The notes under the pieces were generated by a model. That model was not told where the DNA came from and ran no database searches. It saw only the letters and a program-made list of their open reading frames with translations. From the NCBI GenBank assembly GCA_050246315.1, contig JBFWWG010000001.1, positions 32,001-96,000 of the forward strand: a stretch of DNA of 64,000 bases, in the 5' to 3' direction. The number at the start of each line of letters is the position of its first letter. Position 1 is the first letter of the stretch. This stretch comes from Nitrospiraceae bacterium (GTDB lineage: Bacteria > Nitrospirota > Nitrospiria > Nitrospirales > Nitrospiraceae). Shown one piece after another: positions 9,068 through 20,392 of the stretch. The position numbers and the translations under genes are program-made.

Positions 9068-9679
9068 TCAGGCGGCGGAGACCGGCTCGAAGGTCGTGGA
9101 AGCGGCCAGTTCGCTCAGCAGACGTTCATACAGAGCCGCGTCGCCGGTGGGACCGGCCAGAAAAAAGACGATTGCGCGGCCCTCCGGTCCCATGACGGCG
9201 CAGGCGCGACCGACCACGTTGCCGTGTAAGTAGGAAGCTCGAATGGTCCGCTCGTCCTCTTCGATCGGACTGGACAGTTGCAGAATGACTTCTCCTCCAA
9301 AGTCTTGCGGCTCCGACAACTTCTGTTTCAACTCCGCGCGGTCAACCTGGGCCATGAGCGCAACCACTCCCACCCCAGAGTGTCGATCCGAGCCTAGGAG
9401 TAAGGCGTCGGACCCGGGAGGAATCCGTCCTTCCCACTCCGATGGAATGACGAACGATCCACCCGTGGCCGGATCGCTCACGCGCACTCCGGCCCGGTAC
9501 AGTTTGCCCGGCTCCCACTCGACAACGGTCTCTTCGGCCAGACTAGGGGTGGGGAGGACGGGAATCAGCACAAAGGCGAACGCCCAGAGGAGCCGCGTGA
9601 CGAATTCATTCGGGATCAAGCCGCTGCCGCTGCCCCGGCCTGTTCCTATCACCGCATAGGCCACATTTCCGAGCTTCAC
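9068..9679 (-). CDS. Hypothetical exported protein
   Basis: 203-aa ORF with a hydrophobic stretch ending in SLA-EE; its GTG overlaps the gcvP stop. Start uncertain. Confidence 0.65.
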   Translation of the reverse strand: MKLGNVAYAVIGTGRGSGSGLIPNEFVTRLLWAFAFVLIPVLPTPSLAEETVVEWEPGKLYRAGVRVSDPATGGSFVIPSEWEGRIPPGSDALLLGSDRHSGVGVVALMAQVDRAELKQKLSEPQDFGGEVILQLSSPIEEDERTIRASYLHGNVVGRACAVMGPEGRAIVFFLAGPTGDAALYERLLSELAASTTFEPVSAA

Positions 9680-12591
9680 GACGTCGTATAACTTTCCATC
9701 GGCGGGCAGGTACAGATCAGATTCCGGTCTCCGTAGGCTTCATCGATGCGCCCGACGCTCGGCCAGAACTTGTGCTCGCGCACCCAAGGCGCTGGAAACG
9801 CCGCCTGCTCACGTGTGTAGGGGTGGGACCAGTCGGCCGCCATCACCATCCTGGCCGTGTGCGGCGCCTGTTTCAAAGGATTGTCGGTCCTCGACATCCG
9901 CCCTTCGATGATGTCCTGAATTTCGGAGCGAATGGCGATCAGCGCCGCGCAGAAGCGGTCGAGTTCGGCCTTGGCCTCGCTCTCGGTCGGCTCGATCATC
10001 AACGTTCCGGCGACCGGGAACGAGACCGTGGGAGCGTGGAAGCCATAATCCATCAAACGCTTGGCCACATCCATCGCCTCGACACCTGCGCTGTCTTTGA
10101 ACGGACGCAGGTCCAGGATGAACTCGTGCGCGACCAGCCCCTTGGCGCCGGTGTAGAGCACCGGGTAGTGCTTGTCGAGCTTCTTCGCCATGTAGTTCGC
10201 GTTGAGAATGGCCACCTGCGTCGCCCGTGTGAGCCCTTCGCCTCCCATCATGGCAATGTACGCGTACGAGATCGGGAGAATGTTCGGGCTGCCGTAGGGG
10301 GCCGCCGCGATTGCGCCGATGGCATGATCTCCGCCCGTCTTGATGACCGGATGACCCGGCAAGAACGATGTCAGATGCCGCCCGACCGCGATTGGGCCCA
10401 TTCCAGGCCCGCCGCCTCCGTGCGGAATACAGAAGGTCTTGTGCAAGTTGAGATGGCACACATCCGCGCCGATGTCGCCGGGTCTGCTGAGACCGACCAT
10501 CGCGTTCATGTTGGCGCCGTCCATGTAGACTTGCCCACCGTGCGTGTGGACAATCTGGCAGATCCGCCGGATTTCCGTCTCGAACACGCCATGGGTAGAA
10601 GGGTAGGTGATCATCAAGGCGGCGAGATCCCGTCGATGCAGCGCCGCCTTTTCTTCCAGATCCTTCAGATCGACGTTGCCCTGCGTATCACAGGCGACGG
10701 GCACGACCGTCATGCCCACCATCGCGGCGCTCGCAGGATTTGTCCCATGCGCGGACACGGGGATCAAGCAGACCTTGCGATGCCCCTCTCCCTGATGCTG
10801 GTGGTAGGCGCGAATCACCATCAGGCCGGCATACTCGCCCTGAGAGCCGGCGTTGGGCTGCAAAGATACGGAATCGAATCCCGTGATCTCGGCCAGCCAG
10901 TCGGCCAGTCTGGCGCAAAGTTCCTGATAGCCGGCCGTCTGCTCCACCGGAGCGAAGGGATGGAGACGCGCGAACTCCGGCCAGGTGACCGGCACCATCT
11001 CCGTGGTCGCATTCAGCTTCATCGTGCAGGAACCGAGCGGAATCATCGAGGTGGTCAGCGACAGGTCCTTGGCCTGCAGTCGGTTCAGATAGCGCAGCAT
11101 CTCGTGCTCCGCGTGAAATCGGTGGAAGACCTCATGGGTGAGATAGGCGCTGGTCCTGGCGAAAGACGACGGAAACGACACATCCAGCCCGCGGGCCATG
11201 TGATCCAAGTCAAAGGGAAGCGGATCCTGACCGGCAAAGATTGACAGGACCTGGCGTACTTCCTCCACGGTGCTCAGCTCGTCGAGCGAGATCCCGATCG
11301 ACGACTCGTCGATCACGCGCAGGTTGTATCCTCGTGCGTTGGCCCGAGCCATGATCGTCGGAACCAGTTCGTCCCCACAAGACACGCAGAGGGTATCGAA
11401 AAACTGCGCCGAGGCCGGCGGCAGGCTCAAGCGACGTAGCCCCTCGGCCAGCAGGCAGGTCAACCCATGGACACGAGACGCAATCCGCCGCAACCCCTCC
11501 GGTCCGTGATACACCGCGTACAGGCCGGACATGACCGCCAGAAGGACCTGGGCTGTGCAGATATTGCTCGTCGCCTTCTCGCGACGGATGTGCTGTTCCC
11601 TCGTTTGGAGCGCAAGCCGATAGGCAGGTTTTCCAGCGCGGTCCTTTGAAACCCCGACAATCCGGCCCGGCATTTGGCGTCGGTACTCCTCGCGGGTGGC
11701 GAGGAACGCGGCGTGAGGGCCTCCGAACCCCATCGGCACCCCGAATCGCTGGCTTGATCCGACCGCGATATCGGCGCCCAGTTCACCCGGCGCCTTCAAA
11801 AGCGTCAGGGCCAAGAGATCCGTCGCGATCGCAACCAAGCCACCGGCTTGATGGACCTGTTGGATCAGCGCCCCATGATCGACCACAGCGCCGTCCGTGG
11901 CTGGATACTGGATCAAGAGCCCGAGCACATCTTTCGGCGCGACGGGCACCTCGTCCCCATGAACCACCCGCACCGCGACGCCAAGCGGCTGGGCCCTGGT
12001 CTGCACCACCGCGATGGTCTGAGGGTGACAGCCATCGGACAGAAGGAAGGTCGTTCGTTCCTCGCCCTTTTGCCTGGCGATGCTCACACACATGGCCATC
12101 GCTTCGGCGGCGGCGGTGGCTTCGTCCAACAGCGACGCATTGGCCAATGGCAGGCCGGTCAGGTCCGCCACCATCGTTTGAAAATTGACCAGCGCCTCCA
12201 TTCGGCCCTGGGCAATTTCGGCTTGATAGGGCGTGTACTGGGTATACCAGCCGGGGTTCTCCAGGATGTTCCTCAAGATCACGGTCGGGGTGAGGCAGTC
12301 GTAATAGCCCATGCCGATCAAAGAGCGCCGCACTTGATTTCGTGTGGCGAGTTGCTGAAGCTCCTGCAAGGTCTCCTGTTCGCCCTTCGCCGGCGACAGC
12401 TTGAGCGGACGGCGGTGTCGGATGTTCGCGGGCATCGCGGCATCAGCCAGCTCATCGAGGGACCGCAATCCCAATGTGGCTAGCATCTCTTGGACGTCGG
12501 CCTCGCTGGGCGCAATGTGCCGCCGGGCGAATCGATCGGAGGGTTCCAGCCAATGCGGTTCGTACGAAGCCTGATCGGACAATGTGGACAT
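9676..12591 (-). CDS. gcvP: Glycine dehydrogenase (decarboxylating), P protein
   Basis: [28 protein letters not shown] (PLP lysine); AGGAG RBS upstream of ATG 12591. Confidence 0.97.
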   Translation of the reverse strand: MSTLSDQASYEPHWLEPSDRFARRHIAPSEADVQEMLATLGLRSLDELADAAMPANIRHRRPLKLSPAKGEQETLQELQQLATRNQVRRSLIGMGYYDCLTPTVILRNILENPGWYTQYTPYQAEIAQGRMEALVNFQTMVADLTGLPLANASLLDEATAAAEAMAMCVSIARQKGEERTTFLLSDGCHPQTIAVVQTRAQPLGVAVRVVHGDEVPVAPKDVLGLLIQYPATDGAVVDHGALIQQVHQAGGLVAIATDLLALTLLKAPGELGADIAVGSSQRFGVPMGFGGPHAAFLATREEYRRQMPGRIVGVSKDRAGKPAYRLALQTREQHIRREKATSNICTAQVLLAVMSGLYAVYHGPEGLRRIASRVHGLTCLLAEGLRRLSLPPASAQFFDTLCVSCGDELVPTIMARANARGYNLRVIDESSIGISLDELSTVEEVRQVLSIFAGQDPLPFDLDHMARGLDVSFPSSFARTSAYLTHEVFHRFHAEHEMLRYLNRLQAKDLSLTTSMIPLGSCTMKLNATTEMVPVTWPEFARLHPFAPVEQTAGYQELCARLADWLAEITGFDSVSLQPNAGSQGEYAGLMVIRAYHQHQGEGHRKVCLIPVSAHGTNPASAAMVGMTVVPVACDTQGNVDLKDLEEKAALHRRDLAALMITYPSTHGVFETEIRRICQIVHTHGGQVYMDGANMNAMVGLSRPGDIGADVCHLNLHKTFCIPHGGGGPGMGPIAVGRHLTSFLPGHPVIKTGGDHAIGAIAAAPYGSPNILPISYAYIAMMGGEGLTRATQVAILNANYMAKKLDKHYPVLYTGAKGLVAHEFILDLRPFKDSAGVEAMDVAKRLMDYGFHAPTVSFPVAGTLMIEPTESEAKAELDRFCAALIAIRSEIQDIIEGRMSRTDNPLKQAPHTARMVMAADWSHPYTREQAAFPAPWVREHKFWPSVGRIDEAYGDRNLICTCPPMESYTTS

Positions 12592-12852
12592 GGCACTCCT
12601 CTTGCGTAATAGCGGTCGCGGGCTGTCATATTGGTTTACCATAGAGTCCCTTGACAGGAGAAGGGAGAAGCGGAATTCTCTGACCTTGTCGAAAGCCAGG
12701 CCAGAGACCGAGTCAAGGAAATCGCCGCCAAGGCTTGCGTCGGCCATAGTAATCAGCGATAAGATTCAGACGGACCTCGGGGCAATCGCGCAACCCGGCG
12801 ACTCCGTTGTCTCAGAAAGAGGCTTTGAATTGGTTTCGAGCAGCACCAGCCG

Positions 12853-14508
12853 ATGAAAATCCATGACGTGTTGATCGTGGGCGCGGGCCTCGCCGGCATG
12901 AGGGCCGCACTGGCCATTCCTCCCGAGCTCGATGTCGCGATCATTTCCAAGGTCCACCCCGTCCGCAGCCATTCGGTGGCGGCGCAGGGCGGGATCAATG
13001 CCGCATTGGGAACGGCCGATTCCTGGGAAGCCCATGCCTTCGATACGGCCAAGGGCGGAGTCTACCTCGGCGACCAAGACGCAATCGAGGTCATGTGCCG
13101 CGAAGCGCCGGACGACATCCTGGAGTTGGAACGTTTCGGCGTCATCTTCAGCCGGACCGAACAGGGGCTCATCGCCCAACGGCCGTTCGGCGGCGCCGGG
13201 TTCCCCCGCACCTGCTATGCCGCGGATCGAACCGGACATGCGCTCCTGCATGTCCTCTACGAACAACTTCTGCGACGTCAGGTCTCCGTCTATGAGGAAT
13301 GGTACGTCACGTCGTTGGTGAGCGACGACGGCGAATGTCGCGGTGTTGTCGCCTGGGACCTTCTCCGCGGCGGCCTACACATGATCGGCGCCAAGGCCGT
13401 GATCCTGGCGACGGGCGGAAGCGGCCGCATCTTCTACACCAGTACCAATGCGATCATCAACACGGGCGACGGCATGGCCTTGGCCTACCGCGCCGGAGTG
13501 CCGCTCATGGACATGGAGTTCGTCCAATTCCATCCGACCACCCTGAAGAGCACGGGTATTCTGATCACGGAAGGAGCCAGGGGCGAGGGGGGCTATCTGT
13601 TGAACACGTTGGGCGAACGGTTCATGCAACGGTACGCGCCGGAACAGATGGAACTGGCCACTCGTTCAACGGTGTCCCTGGCTATCGGACAAGAGATCTT
13701 GGAGAAGCGCGGCGTCGACGGCTGCGTGTTGTTGGACCTCCGCCATTTGGGACGACAGCGGATACTGGAACGGCTACCGCAAATCCGCCAACTGGCACTG
13801 GAGTTCGCCGGCATTGACCCGATCGAGAGTCCCATCCCGGTCCAGCCGGGCGCGCACTACCAGATGGGCGGCGTACAGGCCAATGGGTGGGGAGAGACCT
13901 CCCTGCCCGGGTTGTTCGCAGCGGGTGAATGCGCCTGCGTGAGCGTCCATGGCGCCAACCGACTCGGCGGCAATTCTCTGCTGGAGACGATCGTGTTCGG
14001 CAGGCGGGCCGGCGTCCGGGCGACGGAGTACATTCGCGGCAAACCTCCACGCACTCCCTCCGATCAAACCTATCGGGCCGACCAGGACCGCATCGCCCGC
14101 CTCCATGCGAACCAAGGCTCGCTCCGAGCCTGGCAGCTCCGCGATGAGCTGGGCCGGATCATGAGCGCCAACCTCGGCATCTTTCGCACAAAGGAATCGA
14201 TGTCGCTCGCGTTGGAACAGTTGCACGGGTTGAGAGAACAGGCTCGACATGTCCGCCTGCACGACCATGGCCTGGTGTTCAATACGGATTTAATCCAAGC
14301 GCTGGAGCTGCAATCCCTCGTCGACATCGCGGTGACGATCGTCGCGGGAGGCTTGGCTCGGGAAGAGAGCCGCGGCGCCCACTACCGTTCGGATTTTCCG
14401 AAGCGAGACGACACGACCTGGCTCAAACACACGCTGGCGACATCGACTCCGGATGGCCCGCAGCTTTCGTATAAACCCGTGACGATCACGCGCTTCCCGC
14501 CTAAGTAA
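12853..14508 (+). CDS. sdhA: Succinate dehydrogenase/fumarate reductase flavoprotein subunit
   Basis: [16 protein letters not shown] (FAD His), [30 protein letters not shown]. Confidence 0.88.
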   Translation: MKIHDVLIVGAGLAGMRAALAIPPELDVAIISKVHPVRSHSVAAQGGINAALGTADSWEAHAFDTAKGGVYLGDQDAIEVMCREAPDDILELERFGVIFSRTEQGLIAQRPFGGAGFPRTCYAADRTGHALLHVLYEQLLRRQVSVYEEWYVTSLVSDDGECRGVVAWDLLRGGLHMIGAKAVILATGGSGRIFYTSTNAIINTGDGMALAYRAGVPLMDMEFVQFHPTTLKSTGILITEGARGEGGYLLNTLGERFMQRYAPEQMELATRSTVSLAIGQEILEKRGVDGCVLLDLRHLGRQRILERLPQIRQLALEFAGIDPIESPIPVQPGAHYQMGGVQANGWGETSLPGLFAAGECACVSVHGANRLGGNSLLETIVFGRRAGVRATEYIRGKPPRTPSDQTYRADQDRIARLHANQGSLRAWQLRDELGRIMSANLGIFRTKESMSLALEQLHGLREQARHVRLHDHGLVFNTDLIQALELQSLVDIAVTIVAGGLAREESRGAHYRSDFPKRDDTTWLKHTLATSTPDGPQLSYKPVTITRFPPK

Positions 14509-14649
14509 CCGGCTCACGTTCCTTCCGACCTCTGGACTGTCAGCCCGCGCCGCCTTCTCCCATCACTCGCGCTCGCCGGTCATCCCCGGCCTCCCAGGGG
14601 CAACCCAATCCTTGCGCCCTCGGGTGAATCGGCTATCTTTGATGATGGG

Positions 14650-15663
14650 ATGGACCAGACCGTTCGAACCCCCTCTGTAACCTGCCCGTCCTGCCTGAGC
14701 TCTCAGGCCGTCCCGGATGGCAACGGCGCGGACCCGGCAGTGGTCTCCTGCACGACCTGTGACAACAATCTCGTCCTGGTGCCGGTTATCGCGGCCGGCC
14801 CCGCGAAATCGTCGAGTCACTCGACAGATACCAGATCGATTTCAGGAGCAGCTCCGACTAGCAAGAAAGCGAGACGGACGGCCATTCTGTCCCTCACGGC
14901 CCTCTGCCTGCTGGGCTACGGGCTGATCGGCGCAGTTCTCTTCGCCATCACCCAGGGAATCAAGCGATCGGTCGCCTATCAAACCTCCGTCGTCTTCATT
15001 CAAGACCATGAGGATCTGAGGGACCACTTCGGCACCCCGCTCGAATTCGGATGGTTCCCTACCTGGCATATGAAATCGGACGGACCCCGGGGCACAGCCC
15101 GCTTCGAGATCCCGATCACTGGACCTCGGGCCTCGGGCTCCGTCCTCCTATCGTTGGTCCAGGAGGACTCAGAGACCTGGCACGTCCATCGGGCCCGATA
15201 TCAAGACAATGCGGGGATCATCCGACCCGTCTGGACACTCTTCCCCGGCGACGAGTTGGTCGAGGCGCGGGTGACATCGCTACTGGCGGACCTTGATCAA
15301 GCGGCGAATAGGCGTGATGTGGAGGGCCTGGTGCGACATGTGGCGCCGGGCGCGCGTCTGACCGTGGTCGTGCAGTTTTCCGGCAGCGAGCAGGAACTCA
15401 CCATGACCCGCGAGCAGTACCGGACGAGCCTCAAGCAATCATTCTCGATGGCGCAGGACTATCAGTGGACCAGGATGGACACGGATGTGCGCCTCGCTCC
15501 GGACGGACGGAAGGCCGTGGCGCGCTTCCAGGGGACCGAGTCCATTACGATCAATGGCCAACGGCTGATCTTCGCCTTGGAAAAGGAATTGACCTTCTCG
15601 CTGCAGGGGCCGCAACCACTGATCGTGTCGATGAAGGCCTTCGAAACCATGGCACGACCATAG
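14650..15663 (+). CDS. Hypothetical membrane protein: zinc ribbon + TM + Coa1-like + NTF2/SnoaL-like domains
   Basis: CPSC...CTTC, one hydrophobic helix, a FGTPLEFGW...IPITGPRASG segment, and a C-terminal LDQAANRRDVEGL segment. Confidence 0.65.
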   Translation: MDQTVRTPSVTCPSCLSSQAVPDGNGADPAVVSCTTCDNNLVLVPVIAAGPAKSSSHSTDTRSISGAAPTSKKARRTAILSLTALCLLGYGLIGAVLFAITQGIKRSVAYQTSVVFIQDHEDLRDHFGTPLEFGWFPTWHMKSDGPRGTARFEIPITGPRASGSVLLSLVQEDSETWHVHRARYQDNAGIIRPVWTLFPGDELVEARVTSLLADLDQAANRRDVEGLVRHVAPGARLTVVVQFSGSEQELTMTREQYRTSLKQSFSMAQDYQWTRMDTDVRLAPDGRKAVARFQGTESITINGQRLIFALEKELTFSLQGPQPLIVSMKAFETMARP

Positions 15664-15728
15664 GAAGTACCGGCCTGCCCCTCCCCGCACAGGCGGACGA
15701 GGCGGCCGTGACAAGAGAGCCACTCTGG

Positions 15729-16889
15729 ATGGGCAGTCACTCCACCGACAACTCGATTCAACTCACCTGCGCCCATTGCCGCAGCAGTTTCCGCGTCCGA
15801 TCGCGAGCCAGTCTCAGGCCCGGCACCAAGAGTACCTGTGGTTCCTGCGGAACAAAGTTTGTCGTGGTGGCCAGACCCGTCCTGTCGGCCTCGCCACCGA
15901 AGCGAACCGATGTCCAACAGCCTATCGATTCTGTCGCGAATCAAGGTTCGAAGACCTACCGCCTGAGCTTTTTCGGCTTCGGGGGATCGCTGTTCGGCAT
16001 GCATCTCGTCAACACCTGTCTGACCATTCTGACCTTGGGCCTCTACTCCTTCTGGGCCAGGGTGAAGGTTCGCTCCTACCTGTACAGTCAGACGCAGTGC
16101 GCCGGTGATCGCTTTGCGTATCACGGCACGGCGCAAGAGCTACTCAACGGTGCCGGTAGGGCCGCGTTGCTGTTCGGTGTTCCCTATCTCACCCTGTCCA
16201 TCGGCCCGCGCTACCTTGCCTTGGGTGCCGCGACCGTGGTCACCGGGCAAGTCCTCTCCACGATACTCCTGATGCTGTTTCTACCGGTGGCCACAACGGG
16301 AGCCCGCCGGTATCGCTTGAGTCGCAGCTCCTGGCGGGGCATCCACTTTTCATTTCGCGGCAAGGCGATCGAGTTCATGAAACTCTTTCTCAAGGGCTCG
16401 CTGCTCACAGCCGTGACCTTGGGAGCCTACTATCCAGTCTTCGAGGTCAGGCGGCATGCCTATCTTATCCACCATTCGTATCTCGGGTCGGAACCGTTCT
16501 CCTTCGATGGGGACCGATACGGCCTGGCCCGCTCCTTCGTCCGAGCCGTGATCCTGCTGCCGTTCACGCTCGGCTGCTCCTGGTTCTGGTACATGGCGGC
16601 CCGTCAGCGCTACGTTTGGAACCATTCCACCTTGTGCGGCGGTCGGTTCCTCTGTACGGTCCGGGGCTGGCCGCTGTTGAAGCTCAAGCTCGGGAACTTC
16701 CTGTTGCTTCTCTGTTCCCTTGGTCTGGCCTGGCCCTGGACGGCGGTGCGGAACGCGCGCTATCTCTTCAGCAATCTTCGTCTCACCGGCGCAGTCGCGG
16801 TGGAGCGCATCACGCAACAGACACTGGCAACGAACGCGACCGGCGAGGGGCTGTCGAGTTTTCTGGACACAGGGTTCGACTTGGGGTAA
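15729..16889 (+). CDS. DUF898/YjgN-family membrane protein with N-terminal zinc ribbon
   Basis: CAHC...CGSC; repeated LTILTLGLYSFWA, FAYHGT and WRGIHFSFRG motifs. Confidence 0.87.
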   Translation: MGSHSTDNSIQLTCAHCRSSFRVRSRASLRPGTKSTCGSCGTKFVVVARPVLSASPPKRTDVQQPIDSVANQGSKTYRLSFFGFGGSLFGMHLVNTCLTILTLGLYSFWARVKVRSYLYSQTQCAGDRFAYHGTAQELLNGAGRAALLFGVPYLTLSIGPRYLALGAATVVTGQVLSTILLMLFLPVATTGARRYRLSRSSWRGIHFSFRGKAIEFMKLFLKGSLLTAVTLGAYYPVFEVRRHAYLIHHSYLGSEPFSFDGDRYGLARSFVRAVILLPFTLGCSWFWYMAARQRYVWNHSTLCGGRFLCTVRGWPLLKLKLGNFLLLLCSLGLAWPWTAVRNARYLFSNLRLTGAVAVERITQQTLATNATGEGLSSFLDTGFDLG

Positions 16890-16898
16890 CCCCCTTTC

Positions 16899-18041
16899 AT
16901 GACCACAAGCTGGCAGGCCGTTTATCTGGACGGGAAATCCGCCGTCCGGCACCAGGCGACCGTACGGATCACGGCTGAACACATCCACATCGCCACCGAA
17001 CCCGGCACGGTTCGATCCTGGCCTCACGACCAGATCCGCCAGACACAAGGCTCCTATGCGGGCGAACACGTCCGGTTCGAATTCGGTAAGAACCCGATCG
17101 AAGCCCTCGTCCTCCGCGACCATACCATTCTGGCCGCGCTTCATGCCGTGGCATCCTCCCATCCTGGTCGCGTGCGCCAACTTCACCGTCCGTCCACGGG
17201 GGCTGCTCGACTCCGATGGACGGTCATGGCGGCTTTGGTCTCGATCGTGATGATCGCCCTCCTGTACCACTGGGCGCTCCCGCTGCTGGCGACCACGCTC
17301 GCGCCACATATCCCTCTCTCCTGGGAAGAACGGCTCGGTCGCGCGGCTGTGGCCGCACTGGCGCCGCCGGAGGCCCGATGCACCGACCCCCTGACGCTCG
17401 ATGCACTGCGCCGGGTTACGGAACGGCTCGCCGACGCGCAGGCACCCTTGCCGTACCGGATTCAGATCTATCTGGTGGATCGACCGATCGTGAATGCGTT
17501 CGCCGCTCCCGGCGGCTCGATCATCCTGTTTCGCGGACTCCTAGAGAAGACCGGCTCGGCTGAGGAGCTGGCCGGCGTGGTGGCGCACGAGATGCACCAC
17601 ATCCTTGGACGGCACGTCACCACACTGTTGATCGAACAGACGGCGTCGAGCCTGCTGCTCGCGCCCCTGTCCGGCGATCTCTCAGGCGGCCTGACCTCCG
17701 GGCTCGAAGCGGCCGGCACGATGGGGCTCTTGCGGTACAGCCGCACGTTTGAAGCCGCCGCAGACATGGAAGGGTTGCAGAGCCTTCGGAAGGCCGGCAT
17801 CAACCCAGCGGGCATGATTCACTTCTTCGAAACGCTTGAGCGGGAGCATCCCGAAGGAAGCAACCGGCTTGAATACCTCTCCTCGCATCCCAGCACCGAG
17901 TCGCGCATCCGGACGCTGCAACAGGCGCTCCACCCGTCGGATGCAGCCGCAGCGCCGCTTCTCCCATTCGTTCCATGGGCAAGCATTAAGACGCGCTGTC
18001 GGTCGGTCGCGAGTCTATCGGCATCATCACGCGCCGGCTGA
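16899..18041 (+). CDS. M48-family zinc metallopeptidase
   Basis: NAFAAPGG, AHEMHH (HExxH), YSRTFEAAAD, SSHP; the usual partner of DUF898. Confidence 0.92.
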   Translation: MTTSWQAVYLDGKSAVRHQATVRITAEHIHIATEPGTVRSWPHDQIRQTQGSYAGEHVRFEFGKNPIEALVLRDHTILAALHAVASSHPGRVRQLHRPSTGAARLRWTVMAALVSIVMIALLYHWALPLLATTLAPHIPLSWEERLGRAAVAALAPPEARCTDPLTLDALRRVTERLADAQAPLPYRIQIYLVDRPIVNAFAAPGGSIILFRGLLEKTGSAEELAGVVAHEMHHILGRHVTTLLIEQTASSLLLAPLSGDLSGGLTSGLEAAGTMGLLRYSRTFEAAADMEGLQSLRKAGINPAGMIHFFETLEREHPEGSNRLEYLSSHPSTESRIRTLQQALHPSDAAAAPLLPFVPWASIKTRCRSVASLSASSRAG

Positions 18042-18178
18042 GTCACCCTTCCTGCTAGGACCGCCCCTGTTCCTCCCCCCGATCATCGACACCGAGATCG
18101 CGCGTCGAGTTCGCTGGCAAGTCTCACCCTCTCCTTTGGTATAATCCTCCGATCGTAGTCGCTCCTCGCCGGGCACGC

Positions 18179-18850
18179 ATGCGAATTCTCGTGATCGAAG
18201 ACGAGGCCAAGGTCGGCTCCTTCATCAAGCGCGCGCTTGAGGAAGAGAGCTACGCCGTGGACCTCTGTGCTGACGGGGCCCAAGGGCTGGATCTCGCCCT
18301 GAGCGGCAGTTACGACCTGGTGATCGTGGACCTGATGGTTCCCAGTCTTCCCGGCCTGGAGATTGTCAAACGGCTACGCAAGGAGAAGATCACCTCGCCC
18401 GTCTTGATCCTCACGGCCCTGTCCCAGGTCGATCAAAAGGTCAAAGGCTTGGATGCAGGGGCGGACGATTATCTAACCAAGCCCTTTGCGATCGACGAAC
18501 TCCTGGCGCGCGTCCGCGCCCTGTTGCGTCGCGGGCCGACGGACGCCGTCGGCATCCTACAGGTGGACGACCTCATCTTGAACCCGGCGACCCGCGAGGT
18601 CACGCGCGGCGACCACCGTCTCGATCTCACGGCGAAGGAATATGCCTTGCTCGAGTACCTCTTGCGTAACTCGGGCCGCGTCTTGACGCGTCCGATGATC
18701 GCCGAACACGTGTGGAATTTGGACTTCGACACCTTCACCAACGTCATCGACGTCTACGTCAACTATTTGCGCAACAAGGTCGATAAAGGACGGCCCCGCA
18801 AATTGATCCACACGGTCCGCGGGAGCGGGTACGTGTTGAAGGCGGAGTAA
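18179..18850 (+). CDS. OmpR-family response regulator (CusR/CzcR-like)
   Basis: Receiver domain plus winged helix (TNVIDVYVNYLRNK, HTVRGSGY). Confidence 0.95.
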   Translation: MRILVIEDEAKVGSFIKRALEEESYAVDLCADGAQGLDLALSGSYDLVIVDLMVPSLPGLEIVKRLRKEKITSPVLILTALSQVDQKVKGLDAGADDYLTKPFAIDELLARVRALLRRGPTDAVGILQVDDLILNPATREVTRGDHRLDLTAKEYALLEYLLRNSGRVLTRPMIAEHVWNLDFDTFTNVIDVYVNYLRNKVDKGRPRKLIHTVRGSGYVLKAE

Positions 18851-20250
18851 TGCCTCTTCGGGTCAAACTGACGCTGTGGTACGGGTCCGTCTTGGCGCTG
18901 ATCCTGATTCTGCTCGGCACGACGCTCTATGCCGTCCTGGCCCGTGAGCTGAAGGATCAGGTGGACCAGTCGCTCGAAGAGGCCGCTACCACGGCGATCC
19001 GGTCGCTCGAACAGCACGGGTTCGGCCCCTTCATCCAATTCGACGACCTGTCCTCGCATTTCCCCGAATTGGCCGTGCTGGACAAATTCTTCCAGATCTT
19101 CAGCCCGACCGGTCGCATCACGATCCAATCTCCCAATGTGAAGAGTCACGACGTGCCCTTGAGCCAGACCGCACTGGACACGGCTTTCAGGGGCGCCGCT
19201 TCCTATGAGTCGGCCCGCTTTCCGGGCGAGACCCTGCGATTGATCTCGGTCCCAATCATGTACCAGGGCAATTTGCTGAATATCGTCCAGGTCGGCACAT
19301 CGCTGAAGCCTGTCGAAGAAGCGCTGCACCGATTGCTGGTCGTCCTACAAGTGTCGCTCCCCGTGGCGTTACTGATCTCCCTGGCGGGCGGCTGGTTCCT
19401 GGCCGGGCGGGCGTTGCGGCCGGTGCATGCCATCACAGAGGCGGCGCAGAAAATTGCCGGAGGCGACTTGGCTCAGCGATTGACGGTCGAATCCACCGGA
19501 GACGAAATCGGCCGATTGGCCGAAACCTTCAACAACATGATTGCGAGGCTGGACGTCTCGTTCCGGCAGATCCGCCAGTTCAGCAGCGACGCGTCACACG
19601 AACTCCGCACACCGCTCACGGTGATGAAGGGCGAAACCGAACTCGTGCTGCGTCGACCGCGCGACTGCGAAGATTACAAGAACGTGCTCGACAGCAACCT
19701 CGAAGAAATCGACCGGATGACGCGCATCGTGGATGAGCTCCTGTTCCTCTCCCGCGCGGATATGGGCCAGGTGAAAATGGCCTCCGCCCCTGTCTGCCTG
19801 GAAGAACTGATCGAGGACATCCATGGCCAGGCCTCCCTGTTGGGACAAGAGCAGGATGTGAAGGTGTCGCTGGGACCGCTCGACAGAGCGACGGTGCTCG
19901 GCGATGAGCTACGCCTGCGCGAGCTGTTGCTCAACATTGTCGATAACGCGGTGAAATATTCCAAATCCGGAGGCACGGTGGAGATCGCCCTCCGGACAGA
20001 ACAGGATACGGCCCGATTATCCGTGCGCGACCAGGGCATCGGCATCCGACAGGAGGCTCTGGGGAGAATTTTCGACCGTTTCTACCGCACCGAGGAAGCC
20101 CGTACCCACACGAACAAAGGCACAGGACTCGGCCTGGCCATCTGCGCCTGGATCGCGGACATGCACCGCGGCCGCATCGAGGTCGAGAGCGCTCCCAGCG
20201 CCGGCTCCACCTTTACGATCATGCTCCCTCTCGCAGGATCGAAAACTTAG
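18850..20250 (+). CDS. Membrane sensor histidine kinase (HAMP-HisKA-HATPase)
   Basis: Two TM helices, DASHELRTPL, NAVKY, DQGIG, GTGLGL. Confidence 0.95.
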   Translation: MPLRVKLTLWYGSVLALILILLGTTLYAVLARELKDQVDQSLEEAATTAIRSLEQHGFGPFIQFDDLSSHFPELAVLDKFFQIFSPTGRITIQSPNVKSHDVPLSQTALDTAFRGAASYESARFPGETLRLISVPIMYQGNLLNIVQVGTSLKPVEEALHRLLVVLQVSLPVALLISLAGGWFLAGRALRPVHAITEAAQKIAGGDLAQRLTVESTGDEIGRLAETFNNMIARLDVSFRQIRQFSSDASHELRTPLTVMKGETELVLRRPRDCEDYKNVLDSNLEEIDRMTRIVDELLFLSRADMGQVKMASAPVCLEELIEDIHGQASLLGQEQDVKVSLGPLDRATVLGDELRLRELLLNIVDNAVKYSKSGGTVEIALRTEQDTARLSVRDQGIGIRQEALGRIFDRFYRTEEARTHTNKGTGLGLAICAWIADMHRGRIEVESAPSAGSTFTIMLPLAGSKT

Positions 20251-20254
20251 GGTC

Positions 20255-20300
20255 TTTTAATCCCCGCTTAATTGCCGTCTCATCCTCTCTTGCTAGTCTC
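20255..20300 (+). promoter_or_regulatory. Candidate OmpR-type binding site and promoter for degP
   Basis: TTAAT (20257), TTAAT (20268) and CTCAT (20279) at an exact 11-bp period, followed by a -10-like TAGTCT. Confidence 0.45.
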
Positions 20301-20392
20301 CTAGCAGGTCGGCCCAAGACTCTACTGAGCCGAGTCTCGCAGCCGGCGGTCTGTACCACAGTCCTGTACAACCAAAAGAAGGAGGACGCACA

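Noticed and set aside
12592..12747. N-terminal extension of GcvP given by the ORF track (1023 aa)
   Set aside because: A good AGGAG RBS precedes ATG 12591, and GcvP similarity starts after it.
12592..12852. Glycine riboswitch upstream of gcvP
   Set aside because: No GGAGA...CCGAAG...CTCTCAGG aptamer pattern on the minus strand; only a generic hairpin (CCTTGAC...GTCAAGG).
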